A stretch of DNA of 64,000 nt from Octopus vulgaris (taxonomy: Eukaryota), in assembly GCA_951406725.2 (NCBI GenBank), contig OX597825.1, forward strand, positions 75,702,001-75,766,000, in the 5' to 3' direction. Below the pieces are notes generated by a model that worked only from the letters and a program-made list of their open reading frames with translations, was not told the origin of the DNA and made no database searches. Made by a program: the position numbers and the translations under genes. This document shows positions 37,230 through 49,868 of this stretch, in pieces (the stretch's first letter is position 1; the number at the start of each line of letters is the position of its first letter).

Positions 37230-37895
37230 CAATTACCCCTTTGATACCGACCCATCACAGACCACCAATCCTGATTCTATGATAGAAACTAAATTAAAAC
37301 CTTCTCTCAAAATTTCATGTTAATTTATGTTCCAAGTATCAACTTAATGATAGCAAAAGTATTTTATTAAATTCTTCATTATTTTCAAAATTAATTGAAA
37401 CAAAGACAATTTATTCCAACAGAAATATGGTATTAAATGCTGAAGTCATTGGAAATTTATTTACCTGAGAAAACTTTTTAGAACTCTTTTAGTATCAAAC
37501 TAAGATTGCCCCTGGTACTGTGATATTTATAGCCTGTTTTGAAATGATCCTAATTAAAATCTCCCATCAAAATTTCATGTCATTTTGTGTTTCAAACACC
37601 ACTTTAATAATGCCAAAACAATTTTACTAAATTCTTCAAAGGCTGTAACAAAGGGTTAAATAATGTAATATACTATCAGCATATATGTTCTCTACTTTAT
37701 TTGAGATTGCAACTGGTTCTGGGATACAAAGTTCCTGTTTTAAAATGATCTAAACTGAAATCTATCAAAATTTCATGTCAATTTCTGCTCCAAACACTAC
37801 CCTAATGATAAAAAAATTTATTTTACTAAATTCTTTATTGTTTTCAAATTAATTGAAGGTAAGGCAGTGTGTCTCAAAAGAAATTTGGTACCAAT
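37230..37895 (+). repeat. Three tandem diverged copies of an about 200-bp dispersed repeat (possibly a piggyBac-like MITE); relatives at about 490-590 and 51500-51700
   Basis: Recurrent TCAAAATTTCATGT..CAAACAC..TTTTACTAAATTCTT; AAAGGGTTAA at 37651-37660 and TTAACCCTTT at about 490. Confidence 0.55.
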
Positions 37896-38951
37896 GGGTT
37901 CAGGTTACACATAGGGGCTGTTCCATCACATGTGCAGGTCCTCTGAGGTTAGTGAGATCAATACAGTTAATGTTCTTCATAAATAGTTGCATGTTGAAGG
38001 CTGCAGGAAGGGATTTAGAGATGGCAGATATTCAGTGGACATTGTGATTGTTTTTAGTCCTAGAACAGCTCTGGTTGAGCAGAACTATAATCAAAATCAG
38101 CAAGTGTGTCATTCTTTTTCTTCAGACAGTAGGATGTGGTTTGATGGAATTTATTTCTAGTTGGTTGGACAAGTGCATATTAACAAGTGAGGGTATATAT
38201 AGCCATCCCCTAGTTTATGAATAAAATTACAAAAATCTTTGTATAGAACTGTGCACTTCACAGTTCCAGCAACATGGTGTTTGGCTGTTGTGCGCATGCT
38301 CACATGTCCAAGATAGGAAGCTTCATGCTAGGGAGAAGGAGCACTGTTGTTCACACAGTGCCAGTAAAAGGTAGTGTTTCTTTTTGGCTATGTTGTGCTT
38401 TAAAATGTGTTTATATTCTTGAATATGATAAAGTGTAGAAATGGATTATTATCCTACTTCCAGCTTCAGAGTTGCTGCCAGGATTTGAAAAATAGGGCAG
38501 ATTTCCCCCTCTTATTTTGTGATTGAGGGGAGATTTTTGAAAAACAAGGGAATTTGCAGCAGTGTTCATTGAACAAATTTAACACATTACCCAACAGTAG
38601 CTAAGACGAGAACCGATCAAGTTTATGTATAAATTTTCTTTTTATGTTTGTTTCCTTTTACACAATGTTAAAACAACAGCTAAAAATTTTCTGAAGCTGC
38701 ACACCTATTAATTTTATATATGAGCTGCCACTGATATATTTATATATGAAGATATATAAATGTATGTATAATATATATATATATATCATCATCATCATCA
38801 TTGTTTAACGTCCGTTTTCCGTGCTAGCATGGGTTGGACGGTTCGACCGGGGTCTGGGAAGCCAGGAGGCTGCATCAGGCTCCAGTCTGATCTAGCAGTG
38901 TTTCTACAGCTGGATGCCCTTCCTAATGCCATATATATATATATATGTATG

Positions 38952-38986
<35 letters not shown>

Positions 38987-39289
38987 ATATTTATATAAAA
39001 GTGTGTGTGTCTGTGTACTTGTATGTATGCAGATATATAAATCTATCGGTATATACCTTTTATCTTTTACTTGTTTTCAGCCATTAGACTGCAACCATGC
39101 TGAGGCACTGCCTTGAAGAACTTTTAGTTGAATGATTTGATCCCCAGTTCTTTTGTTTTGTTAAGCCTGGTACTTATTCTATCTGTATTTTTTGCCAAAC
39201 TGCTAAGTTATGGTTGCATAAACACACCAACACTGGTTGTCAAGCAGTACTGGGGGACACACACTGATACAAAGATACACACACACACA

Positions 39290-41228
39290 TATCCGGTATC
39301 TTCACTGGTGTACATGGGGACCATGGTATTGGTTCCCAAAATGAAGGGGGAACTAGACTATTAGAGTTCTGTGATGCATGTAACCTTTTAATCTGCAACA
39401 CTAACTTCAGGAAGCCAGACAGCTAACTGATAACCTATCAATCAGGGGACTCTGCTAGCCAGATTGATTTCATCCTCACCAGACAGTGGGATGCAGGGTT
39501 GCTCTTAAATACAAAGACCTTCCCGGGTGAAGAATGTACCCACCCAGCATAGACTAGTCATTAGTGACTTTAGACTCGAGGCCAGAAGGATACCAAGAAG
39601 CAGACCAGTCCAGAAAAGAAGGATTTGGAAGCTAAAGAACCCTTCACGTGGTCAGAGATTTAGGGATATCCTCATCAAGAAATTTGATGAGATGGAGGAG
39701 GAGTTACAGATCTTGGACATGGAGTGTAGCTGGAAATTCCTACAAGACAGCTTACTGAGTGCCATAGACCAAGTCTGCGGATGGTGCAAAGTCCCTTCCA
39801 GACCTAGAGTAACGTGGCGGTGGAATAATACGGTAGACAAAGCCATTACAACAAAGAAACAGGCGTTGCAAGCCTGAAATAGTGGGGATAGCAGGGAACT
39901 GTACCAGATAACCAGAAGGGAGGCTGGGTGCCAGGTATACATAGCCAAGGGAGAATCAGAAAAGAAGTTTGCCAATGTCCAGTGATGTGAGGACGAAAGA
40001 ACTGAGGTATTTCAGTTTGCAAGACAGAGTATGAGAAAAAATTGTGTTGTCACAGGAGAGAAATGTGTCTGCATGGATGATGGTGCACTTGGTTTTTAAT
40101 GATTCAGAAAAGAAAGAGGCTTGGAGAAGCCATTATGAAAGACTGCTGAATGTGGAGAATGAATGGGAGGAAGAGAGCCTGCCAAATGTTGACCCAGTCG
40201 AGGGACTAGCTATCCAAACTGACAGCACCCTGGGAGATAAAGTAATTAAGGGTATGAAGCCAGGAAAAGCCCCTTGGCCCATCAGGAATCACTGCTGAGA
40301 TGCTTAAAACATCTGGTGGTGTGAACTATGGCGTAGTCAAACGTATTGTAAACCAGGTAGTTCATAATGGAGTCATACCCAATGACTGGCATAGCAGCAT
40401 CATAGTCAACTGCTGCAAGGGTAAAGGTGATGCTCTAGATAGAAATAACTACAGGGATATCACACTGCTGAATCAGGTGATGAAGATCACGGAGAGGGTC
40501 ATAGCCCAACTAATTAAGGAGAGAGTCTGCTTAGATGAGATGCAGTTTGGTTTTGTGCCAGGTAGAAGCACCACTGATGCTATATTCCTGGTATGGCAAC
40601 TGCAGGAGAAATACCTAGCCAAAGATAAACCCCTATACTTGGCTTTTGTGCACTTGGAGAAAGCCTTTGACAGGGTCACCCAATCCCTTATCTGGTGGGC
40701 GATGCAGAAACTGGGGATTGATAAATGGTTAATAAGGGCTGTACAGGCCCTATACAGAGATGCCATTAGTAAGGTTAGGGTTGGCAATGAGTATAGTGAA
40801 GAATTCTGGGTAGAAGTAGAGGTCCACCAACGATCAGCCCTCAACCCCCCCTTATTCATCATAGTCCTCCGGGCAATAACAAAGGAATTCAACCCTGGGA
40901 GCTCCTCTATGCTGATGACCTGGCCCTCATAGAATCACTACCAGAACTGGAAAATAAATTTCAGGTGTGGAAGCAAGGTTTAGAATTGAAGGTCCTTAGA
41001 GTCAATGTTGCAAAGACCAAAGTTCCAGTAAGTAGGAAGGTGAACACATCACACACCCTTTCAGGTAGATGGCCTTGCTCGATCTGTAGAAAAGGTGTTA
41101 GTAGAAACTCGATAAGATGTACCCAGTGTAAGCTATGGACACATAAGAGGTGCAGCAACATCAAAGGAAGATTAACCAATAAGATAGCTTTCTTGTGCAG
41201 TAGATGTACAGGAGCAATGAACACAATG
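39290..41228 (+). mobile_element. RTE LINE remnant (APE C-terminus, RT, Cys-rich segment), frameshifted
   Basis: KGKGDALDRNNYRDITLL, QFGFVPGRSTTDAIF, AFVHLEKAFDRV, YADD at about 40908, WPCSICRKGV..CTQCKLWTHKRC. Confidence 0.9.
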
Positions 41229-41307
41229 GGACTGAACCCAGAACCATGTGGTTGGGAAGCAAGCTTCTTACCATACAGTCATGCCTGTGTCACATATATA
41301 TTATACA

Positions 41308-41620
41308 TATTGGCTCATCCCATAAATAATGTGTTTTTTTATACTTCTATTTTTCAAAACTAAGATAAAGTTCTTTTTTAATCTGAAACATACTTTCCTT
41401 CATTTTCTACACTGCTCTTCCATCTATCTTGTCGACTTGTAAGGTCTCACTTCCAAAATTCATTTGTCCATGACAAAAGAAACTCCTCCAGTACTGTTCT
41501 GACCTCATATACACAATTCATATTTTTTCTGTCCAAATGATTTTGAAGACCGCAAATAAATAAATGATAATCAGATGGGGCAATGTCCAATGAATATGGT
41601 GGGTGGGGTATTGTTCATTA
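41308..41620 (-). mobile_element. Mariner 3'-end fragment of the same family as 9306-10983
   Basis: TATTGGCTCATCCCATAAAT terminus; collinear with 9304-9620. Confidence 0.7.
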
Positions 41621-41765
41621 AAATATCGTTTATTAAAACATTTATATCTTCATATCTTCTACATATGCTTCAATAGATGCATTCAAAATACGTGCATCAA
41701 TCTCATCAGGAAAAATATGAACAACAATGCTCATCGAATAGACATTTTTACAAATATCTATATTA

Positions 41766-43020
41766 CAGGGGTTGGACAAAATAATGGAAACACCTTAAAA
41801 TTTCAAACAAATTCATTTTAATATAGAGTAGGACTGCCTTTGGCAGTAATTACAGCTTGAATTTTATGCAGTATGAACTCATACTAAGTTTGAATTGTTT
41901 CCAAAGGAATTTTTGTCCATTCTTCAGCTAAGACAGTCTCTAGTTCTTGTAGTGATGATGGTGGAGGATATCAATTCCTTACTTGTTTTTTCTAAAATGC
42001 ACCATAAATGTTCAATGATATTGAGATCTTTGGACTGTGGTGGCCAGATAAGATGTTCAACTTCACTGGAATGTTCCTCGTGCCATTCAGTAACAACTTT
42101 AGCTGTGTGAATTGGTGCATTATCATCCTGAGAGATTCTGTTCCCCTCCGGAAGCAGTTCAGCAACCATAGGATGAATTTAATCTGATAAAATGCTTAAA
42201 TAGTCTTGACTATTAATTCTGCCATGATGGGAAATTACTGGGCCGACGGATTTCCAAGATATAACCCCCACCCTCAAATCATCACAGATTCTCCTCCATG
42301 TTTAACAGTTGGAAGAAGTAGTCTGGGTCAAACACTTCTTTTGGCTGTCTCCACATGTATACTTGGCCAGTGGTCAAAAATAAGGCAAAGGATGACTTGT
42401 CCAAGAAAATAACATTCTTCCACTATTCTAGGGACCATTTCTGTGGGTTTTCACTCTACTCTAAACACTTTGCAATGTATATTTTTGAAAGTAGTGGTTT
42501 TCTGATTGCAGCCCTCCCGTGAAATCTGGCTATGTGCAGCTCCTGGCGAGCAGTTTTTGTAGAAACTGGGTTCTCAAGGTGGTCATTAAGCTCTTCAGTA
42601 ATTTTGGGAGCTGTACTTTTGTGATCCTTTGTTACAATTTGCGTAAGAGTTCGATGGTCCCTATCTGAAAGTTTTTATTTCCTTCTGGAGATTTGTTTCA
42701 ACAAGGAGGTTTTTCTCTCTTTCTCAAAGGCTGTCATTACTTTCGAGACAGTACTTCTTGATTCACCAAACATTTCAGCTGTTTTCATTATGCTAGCACC
42801 TGCCATATGAGTACCTCTTTGAAAGTCTGATAGATCTGTAATTTTAATGAATTTTTATTACCTTTTTCTGTTGATATCTGAAAAGAAACAGTATTTTAGC
42901 AAAACATATTAAGCAACACTAATAATAAATCAAAAAACCAAAATAAACAAGCTTTTGATGGTTTTATAGATATTTCAAAATTATCATGCTAGGTGTTTCC
43001 ATTATACTGTCTAACCCCTG
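41766..43020 (-). mobile_element. Tc1-family transposon, full length, decayed transposase
   Basis: 30-bp TIRs CAGGGGTTGGACAAAATAATGGAAACACCT / AGGTGTTTCCATTATACTGTCTAACCCCTG, TA on both sides; QDDNAPIHTAK and WPPQSKDLNIIEHLW. Confidence 0.9.
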
Positions 43021-43517
43021 TATGTATAAATACACATACACATGCGTGCACAGGCATATATATATATACATACATACATACATACACACTCAATTGATTT
43101 CAGAAATGCATATATATGATAATATAATAATTGGTAAAAATAGTTATGAAGTTTGTAATTAGAGGCTGCAAATTTCTGCAGGGAAGTCTCTTCTCTTCGG
43201 TGAAACCAATGTTCTTGATAGATGAGAGAGTACTATCTTCGGTCTTTGACAGACTATTGATCCATGGTAGACTGCAGGTGACTTGATTATTTATTGATCA
43301 GGAAAAGATCTCCAAGTTAAACGGTGCATATCTCTCTCTTTCTCTCTCTTGCATGAAGCCATTTTTCTAGGTGACAGAGTTTTGATTTCAGTTAATTCAA
43401 CTGAACAGTTTCAACCTGCAACAGACATATGATTATTTCATCAATGATGACGATGAGGATGATGATTGTGTGTATGTGCATGTTTGTAACTCTCACTTGC
43501 TCTCTCTCTCTCTCTCC

Positions 43518-43552
<35 letters not shown>

Positions 43553-43684
43553 CAGTAGTCTACTGGTTTTTGTGGGGGTTATGTTCCTAGAGCACCCATG
43601 AACAGTGAAAAACTGCAAATATTGAATGTGGTCCATAAAAATGCCAATAAATGTCAAAATTCAATGTAAAATATTATATTTATC

Positions 43685-44056
43685 TAATCGACCACATGGT
43701 TCCGGGTTCAGTCCCACTGCGTGGCATCTTGGGCAAGTATCTTCTGCTATAGCCTCGGGCCGACCAAAGCCTTGTGAGTGGATTTGGTAGACGGAAACTG
43801 AAAGAAGCCTGTCGTATATATGTATATATATATGTATGTGTATGTATATGTTTGTGTGTCTGTGTTTGTACCTCTAGCATTGCTTGACAACCGATGCTGG
43901 TGTGTTTACGTCCCCGTCACTTAGCGGTTCGGCAAAAGAGACCGATAGAATAAGTACTGGGCTTACAAAGAATAAGTCCCGGGGTCGATTTGCCCGACTA
44001 AAGGCGGTGCTCCAGCATGGCCGCAGTCAAATGACTGAAACAAGTAAAAGAGTAAA
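43685..44056 (+). mobile_element. SINE family B, young, 5'-clipped
   Basis: Nearly identical to 58385-58747. Confidence 0.85.
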
Positions 44057-44107
44057 AAAAAAAAAAAAGAGTATATATATATATATATACACACATACAT
44101 ATATATG

Positions 44108-44510
44108 CTAGCAGTATAGCCCGGCTTTGCTCGGGATTAAGTTAGGATTATTAAGCTAATCAAGCTCTTGATTTCAAAGCAAACTAAGTAACATTGACGT
44201 CAAATTTGAGTGAAATCTGTTGAAATTGGTAAACTTTTGGCTGAAATTTTGCTGATAATTTGATTGAGAAATCCCATAAGGAATTGGTTTATCGAATTTT
44301 CCACTTATCGATTGTATTTTTTTTTTTTTTTTCCGTGTTTGGAGAACTTAAAGCATTCAAAGATCCCATGAGTCCTAAGTAATGCTGGCATCAAGTTTGA
44401 ACAAAATACATCAAAATTAGTAGACATTATGGTTGAAAATGGGGTGTAACCAATTTTAGTGTGAAGTCCTATAAGGAATCGGTTTATCGATTTTTTAAAT
44501 CCTGATTAAA
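44108..44510 (-). mobile_element. Non-autonomous Helitron-like element
   Basis: Minus-strand end: hairpin CCCGAGC-AAA-GCCGGG followed by CTAG; internal repeat ATAAGGAATyGGTTTATCGA twice. Confidence 0.55.
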
Positions 44511-44700
44511 TGGAAAACCCCATAGGATCAACCAAAAATTTTAAGCAACAATATGCTACTCACCTCCATTCTTTTAGATATGATAAACATAGTAAATCTA
44601 CAACACTCGCCAACCACATACATCATCTCGAAAATAGAAATATACCCTATACTCTATTATGGTCCATACTGGATTCAGGCTTCCCGACTGAGGTTAACGC
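44510..44700 (+). mobile_element. Penelope GIY-YIG fragment
   Basis: IGSTKNFKQQYATHLHSFR..STTLANHIHHL..YTLLWSIL. Confidence 0.65.
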
Positions 44701-45267
44701 TCAACATATATATATATATACATATATAATGCACAGGGGAACTACAACTCATCAAATGTGCATGTACAGTACATAGAATTATGTACAAAGGTCAGGAAAG
44801 TGAAAAGTGTATGAGTCATGATATACATGTGTGCATGCATATGGAGGGGGATGTCAGGTGTAGTGTTGGCGAATTTCAGGAAGCATGGAGGTTTTAAAGG
44901 ATGCAATGTGTTGGGCAACTAACAACTGATGCACGGAATTTCGTCTTTTCTTAACCATATACCCTGGAGTGACTATATATATATCTAATGGAACTGTGTG
45001 TCAGAAAAAAATATATAAGTTGAAACAATTTGTTGGCCTTTTATGGTTTTTATAATTATTTATATATTATGTTATGTTATATATAATATTCATAGTATTT
45101 AATGTAATATTGTAATACAAATAAATTATTTGATTGTCAATAGAATATCTCTATATTTAATTTTTCTTTACAATTGAATTATACCAATGTTTACATGGTA
45201 TCCAACTGAAGTACCAGTTGAATTGATGTTTAACACCCCTTTGAAGGATTTCTTTTCTTCAGTTTGT

Positions 45268-45380
<113 letters not shown>

Positions 45381-45405
45381 AGAGAGAGAGAGAGATGTAT
45401 ATATG

Positions 45406-45465
<60 letters not shown>

Positions 45466-45728
45466 CGCTTTTATCCTTCGAAACGTAGAGTAGATGAAAC
45501 CTTAGCGACTGAAGAAGGGTTTTTTTCGTTGTGTTAATTGTCCTGTACTCCATTTTTTGTTGTTTTTAAAAAAAATGTCCTGTTCCTTTGGTTTGTGTCT
45601 ATGTTTTTGTTTCTCTTTGTGTTCGACGTCCCTTTGGTGTCCTGTACTCATATATGCGTGTATATGTACATGTAGAGGTAGGTACGTACATATATGTTTA
45701 TATATATGCATATGTTTTATTTCATTTA

Positions 45729-45788
<60 letters not shown>

Positions 45789-46484
45789 CGTATGTATGTA
45801 TATATTTATGTCATCAGTCATACTAATCTAACTGGCTCAATTTAATCTTCAATGTAATTCATACTACTGTATTTTAAAACTTATTGATTAATTATATATA
45901 TGTATCTGTGTGTGTGTGTGTGTGTATAAATATATATACATATATATATATTTATGTATATGTGTATATATTATGTATATGTATGTATGTATGCATTAAG
46001 TATGTTCTATAGCACTTGCTGAACTGTTTGTAACCTTAGAAACACACTTCTATCATGTTATCTTTGGTTATTATATTCAGTTGAAGGTGAAAAGATGTAC
46101 CCATTACCATTATAGACCTGCTCAAATTGGTGGGGTTGGTGTCTGTGAGGATTAGTTTGAAAGTCTCTAGATTCAAGCCTTGAAGATAAATATGGGAGAG
46201 GAGAGAATTCTTGTGCATGGCATTGGGTTGAATGTGGAGTGTAGAATTTAGTAGTTTGAGGCACAGTAGAGATGATCAGAAGAAAGTGTGGTACAGTATG
46301 GTACAGTAGTGTGGTACAGGAGTGTAAGATGGTATGTAGCCTGCTGGATGGGAGAAGAAAGAAGTAGTGTATCTATGCAATAACATCTGAAGTGTATTTT
46401 TTGTGTTTATACATACGTGCATTTACATACATACATGCATATATGCATGCATACATTCACACACACATATGATGATGGTAGTGG

Positions 46485-46515
<31 letters not shown>

Positions 46516-46519
46516 ATTA

Positions 46520-47060
46520 TTGTATGTAATGCACAGGTGAACTACAGCTCATGAAAGTTGCATGTAGAGTACATAGAATTATGTACAAAAGTCAAGAAAG
46601 TGAACAGTGTATGAGTCATGATATACACGTGTGCATGTATATGGAGTGTTGGCGAATTTCAGGAAGCATGGAAGTTTTAAAGGATGCAATGTCTCAGCAA
46701 CTAACAACTGGTGCAGGTAGTCTGTTCCATGCTTCAGCAACTCCGAGTGTGAAAAAATGTTTCCGAAAGTCGTGGAAGCTGTGCTGTTTTCTGACTTTGT
46801 AGGCATGCTTACGTGTGTTAGACACATGGAGCCCAAAAAGGTGCTCAATGTGGTTGTTGGCACAATGATTAATAATTTTATGGGTGTTTACCAAGTCAGT
46901 TGCCAGATGTCAGAGCTTCAATGTATCTATGACCAGGAAAGCAAGGCGTTCAGACTATGGTAGATGCCTGATGGAGGGTATTTACTTGGTTGCATGTCTC
47001 TGAACAGTTTCCAGGATAGGGGTTCCAGACTGGTGATGCAAACTCCAATTGTGGCTGCAT
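46520..47060 (-). mobile_element. CR1/L2-type LINE 3' end; related piece at about 44735-44935
   Basis: C-terminal motif RKHFFTLGVAEAWNRLPAPVV. Confidence 0.7.
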
Positions 47061-47072
47061 ATATATATATAT

Positions 47073-48272
47073 ATGAAATGTTGCATTTTTAATTACTTCT
47101 TATTTCAGTCATTTAAAAACTCAATTATGTATACCTTGCATTTAGTCTTAACTCTTTTTCTTACCCAACAATATTAGTATACAAAATTCATACCCACAGA
47201 CCTTATGAAAATGATAACAATCAAACTATGTTGAGTGATTTTCTTGTATGAGTACAAACTGGGTCACTCTGCCGCAGACACTCTACAGAATATCGAGCAG
47301 GCCTTTGGTAATGGTTTTGTTGACATCAGAACTGTTCAAAGATGGTTTCAAAGCTCTCATTCAGGAAACAATAGCTTTGAAAATAAAACCATGGGGCAGG
47401 TTAAAATCAGTTATTTGGCATGATGCATTAAATGCTTTGGTTGAATAAAATCCAAGAACAAAGGTTCAAAAACTTTCATCAGAACTCCAAACATCTCACA
47501 CAATAGTCTTTGGACACCTGTAAAAAATTGGAAAAGTCAGGAAAACAGATAGGTTTGTTCCACATCAACTGAACGATATTCATTAAAAACAGATGCCTCA
47601 AAGTGTGCTCCTTATAGCTTTCTTGACTGGAAAAAGACCATTTTTGCATCAAATCATTACTTGTGATGAGAGATGGATACTCTTTGACTACAGCAGGAGA
47701 ACAGGACAGTGATTAGATGCAGGAGAGTCACCTAAATACTACCCAAACCCACCATTGCACCCTAAAAAGTTAGTGGTCAGCAAAAGGAGTTGTGCATTAT
47801 TCATTTTTGTAACAAGGAAAAACAGTAACAGCAACATCGTATTGCCAGGAAATTAATTGTATGCATGAGAATTTGAAAAAGAAGCAACCCAGACTAGTGA
47901 ACAGAGATGGCCCAATTTTGCTCCATGACAATGCACATCCACACACTCCTCAAGCTCCAAAAGTTGCAAATCCTGAATTATGAGATTTTGCAACACCCTC
48001 CCTATTCCCTTGATAGCTTTCCTACTGATCATCATTTATTTAAGCATTTTGAGTTTTTCATTAGCAATAAAACGTTCTTAATAGGTAATTGGACAGTTTA
48101 TCAAAGCAAAAGATGAATTTTTTTAAAGATAGAATATATGACATAGAGAAACGCTGGGTAAGCATCATAAATGAACATGGATCATACCTTGGTTAAATAA
48201 ATCAGTTCTCTAACACTTATGAAACATTTTATTGTTACCTTTCAAATGCAGCATTTCATGTGAAACAACCTA
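47073..48272 (+). mobile_element. Mariner transposon, decayed
   Basis: IFLYEYKLGHSAA..RTVQRWF, IITCDERWI, LLHDNAHPH, HPPYSLDSFPTDHHLFKH; partial TIR ATGAAATGTTGCATTT / AAATGCAGCATTTCAT. Confidence 0.85.
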
Positions 48273-48382
48273 ATGTGTGTGTGTAAGGAAGTTCCTAAAG
48301 TTTTCAAAAATGTTTGGTTGATGTGAGTTAATGTACTTTCAATTGGTTTAATAACCTATTCCTTGTACATTGTTCCACTTGA

Positions 48383-48752
48383 CATCATCATCATCGTTTA
48401 ATGTCTGCTTTCCATGCTGGACTGGTGAGGCAGATGGCTACACTAGGCCCCAATCTGATCTGGCAGTGTTTCTACAGCTGGATGCCCTTCCTAACCCAAC
48501 CACTCCGAGAGTGTAGTGGGTGCTTTTTACATGCCACCGGCACAGAAGCCAGTGAAGGCGGAACTGGTATCAGCTATGATGGTGCTTTTTACATGCTACC
48601 GGCACGGGGCTCATAACTGCAATTTCCATTTGATTTGATTTTGATATTGCTGATGTTGATGTACTTGACTCAATAGGTCTCCTCAAGCATGGCATGTCGC
48701 CCTATGATCCAAGGTACTTTTGAGTGGGCTAGTTATGTGACACTGATGTAGG

Positions 48753-48753
<1 letters not shown>
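48383..48753 (-). mobile_element. RTE 3' UTR fragment
   Basis: Reverse-complement homologue of 49410-49868. Confidence 0.75.
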
Positions 48754-48811
<58 letters not shown>

Positions 48812-48813
<2 letters not shown>

Positions 48814-49868
48814 GGAGAAACTAGAAGTAGTTAATAGTTCCCGCTACCTAGGTGACCAAGTTAATAGTGGAGGTGGATGCTCAGAGAGTGTTACCACTAG
48901 AATAAGAATAGCCTAGGCAAAGTTTAGAAAGCTTCTAACACTATTGGTGACAAAGGGTCTCTCGCTCAGAGTGAAAGGTAGATTGTATGACGCATGTGTG
49001 CAAACTGGCATGCTTCACGGCAGTGAAACATGGGCTGTGACTGCAGAGGACATGCGTAGGCTTGAAAGAAATGAAGCTAGCATGATCTACTAGATGCGTA
49101 ATGTCAGTGTGCACACATGAAAGAGTATAAATGCCCTGAGAGAAATGCTGGACATAAGAAGCATTGGATGTGGTGTACATGAGAGACGTTTGCGTTGGTA
49201 TGGTCATGTACTACGGATGGATGAGGAGAGCTGTGTGAAGAAGTGCCACTCCCAAACAGTGGAAGGAACCTGTGGTAGAGGGAAACCCAGGAAGACACGG
49301 GATAAGGTAGTGAAGTTGGGCCTCGCAGAGGCAATGATGAAAGACCAAGACCTCTGGAGATATGCTGTAACTGAGAAGACCTAGCAAATAAAGTGAAATC
49401 ACAGCTGCAGCCTACACCAGTGTCGCATAACCAGCCTACTCAAAAAAGTACCTTTGGATTGTAGGGCAACATGCCATGCTTGAGGAAATTGTAGTTGTGG
49501 CTGATACCAGCACCATCCAAACATGGTCGATGCCAGTCCCCTCGCCCCAACAGGCCCCTGTGCTGGTGACATGTAAAATGCACCATCCGGACATGGCCAA
49601 TGCCAGTGCCGCCTTGACTGGTTCCCGTGCTGGTGGCACATAAAAAGCACCATCTGAATGTGGTCGATGCCTGCCCCTACTGGGTCCGTGTGCCGATGGC
49701 ACGTAAAAAGCACCCACTACACTCTCAGAGTGGTTAGCATTAGGAAGTGCATCTAGCTGTAGAAACACTGCCACATCAGATTGGAGCCTGGTGCTGCTTT
49801 CTGGCTTCCCAGACCCCAGTTGAACTGTCCAACTTGGAAAATGGATGTTAAACCATGATGATGATGAT
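48812..49868 (+). mobile_element. RTE LINE 3' portion: ORF C-terminus, repeat-containing 3' UTR and (GAT)n tail
   Basis: YLGD, KGRLYDACV, HGSETWA, RRLRWYGHVLRM..GRGKPRKT. Confidence 0.85.

Noticed and set aside
45471-45522. Possible permuted hammerhead (CCTTCGAAACG..CTGAAGAAGGG)
   Set aside because: No credible stem I pairing, and the stem II register is inconsistent with the core
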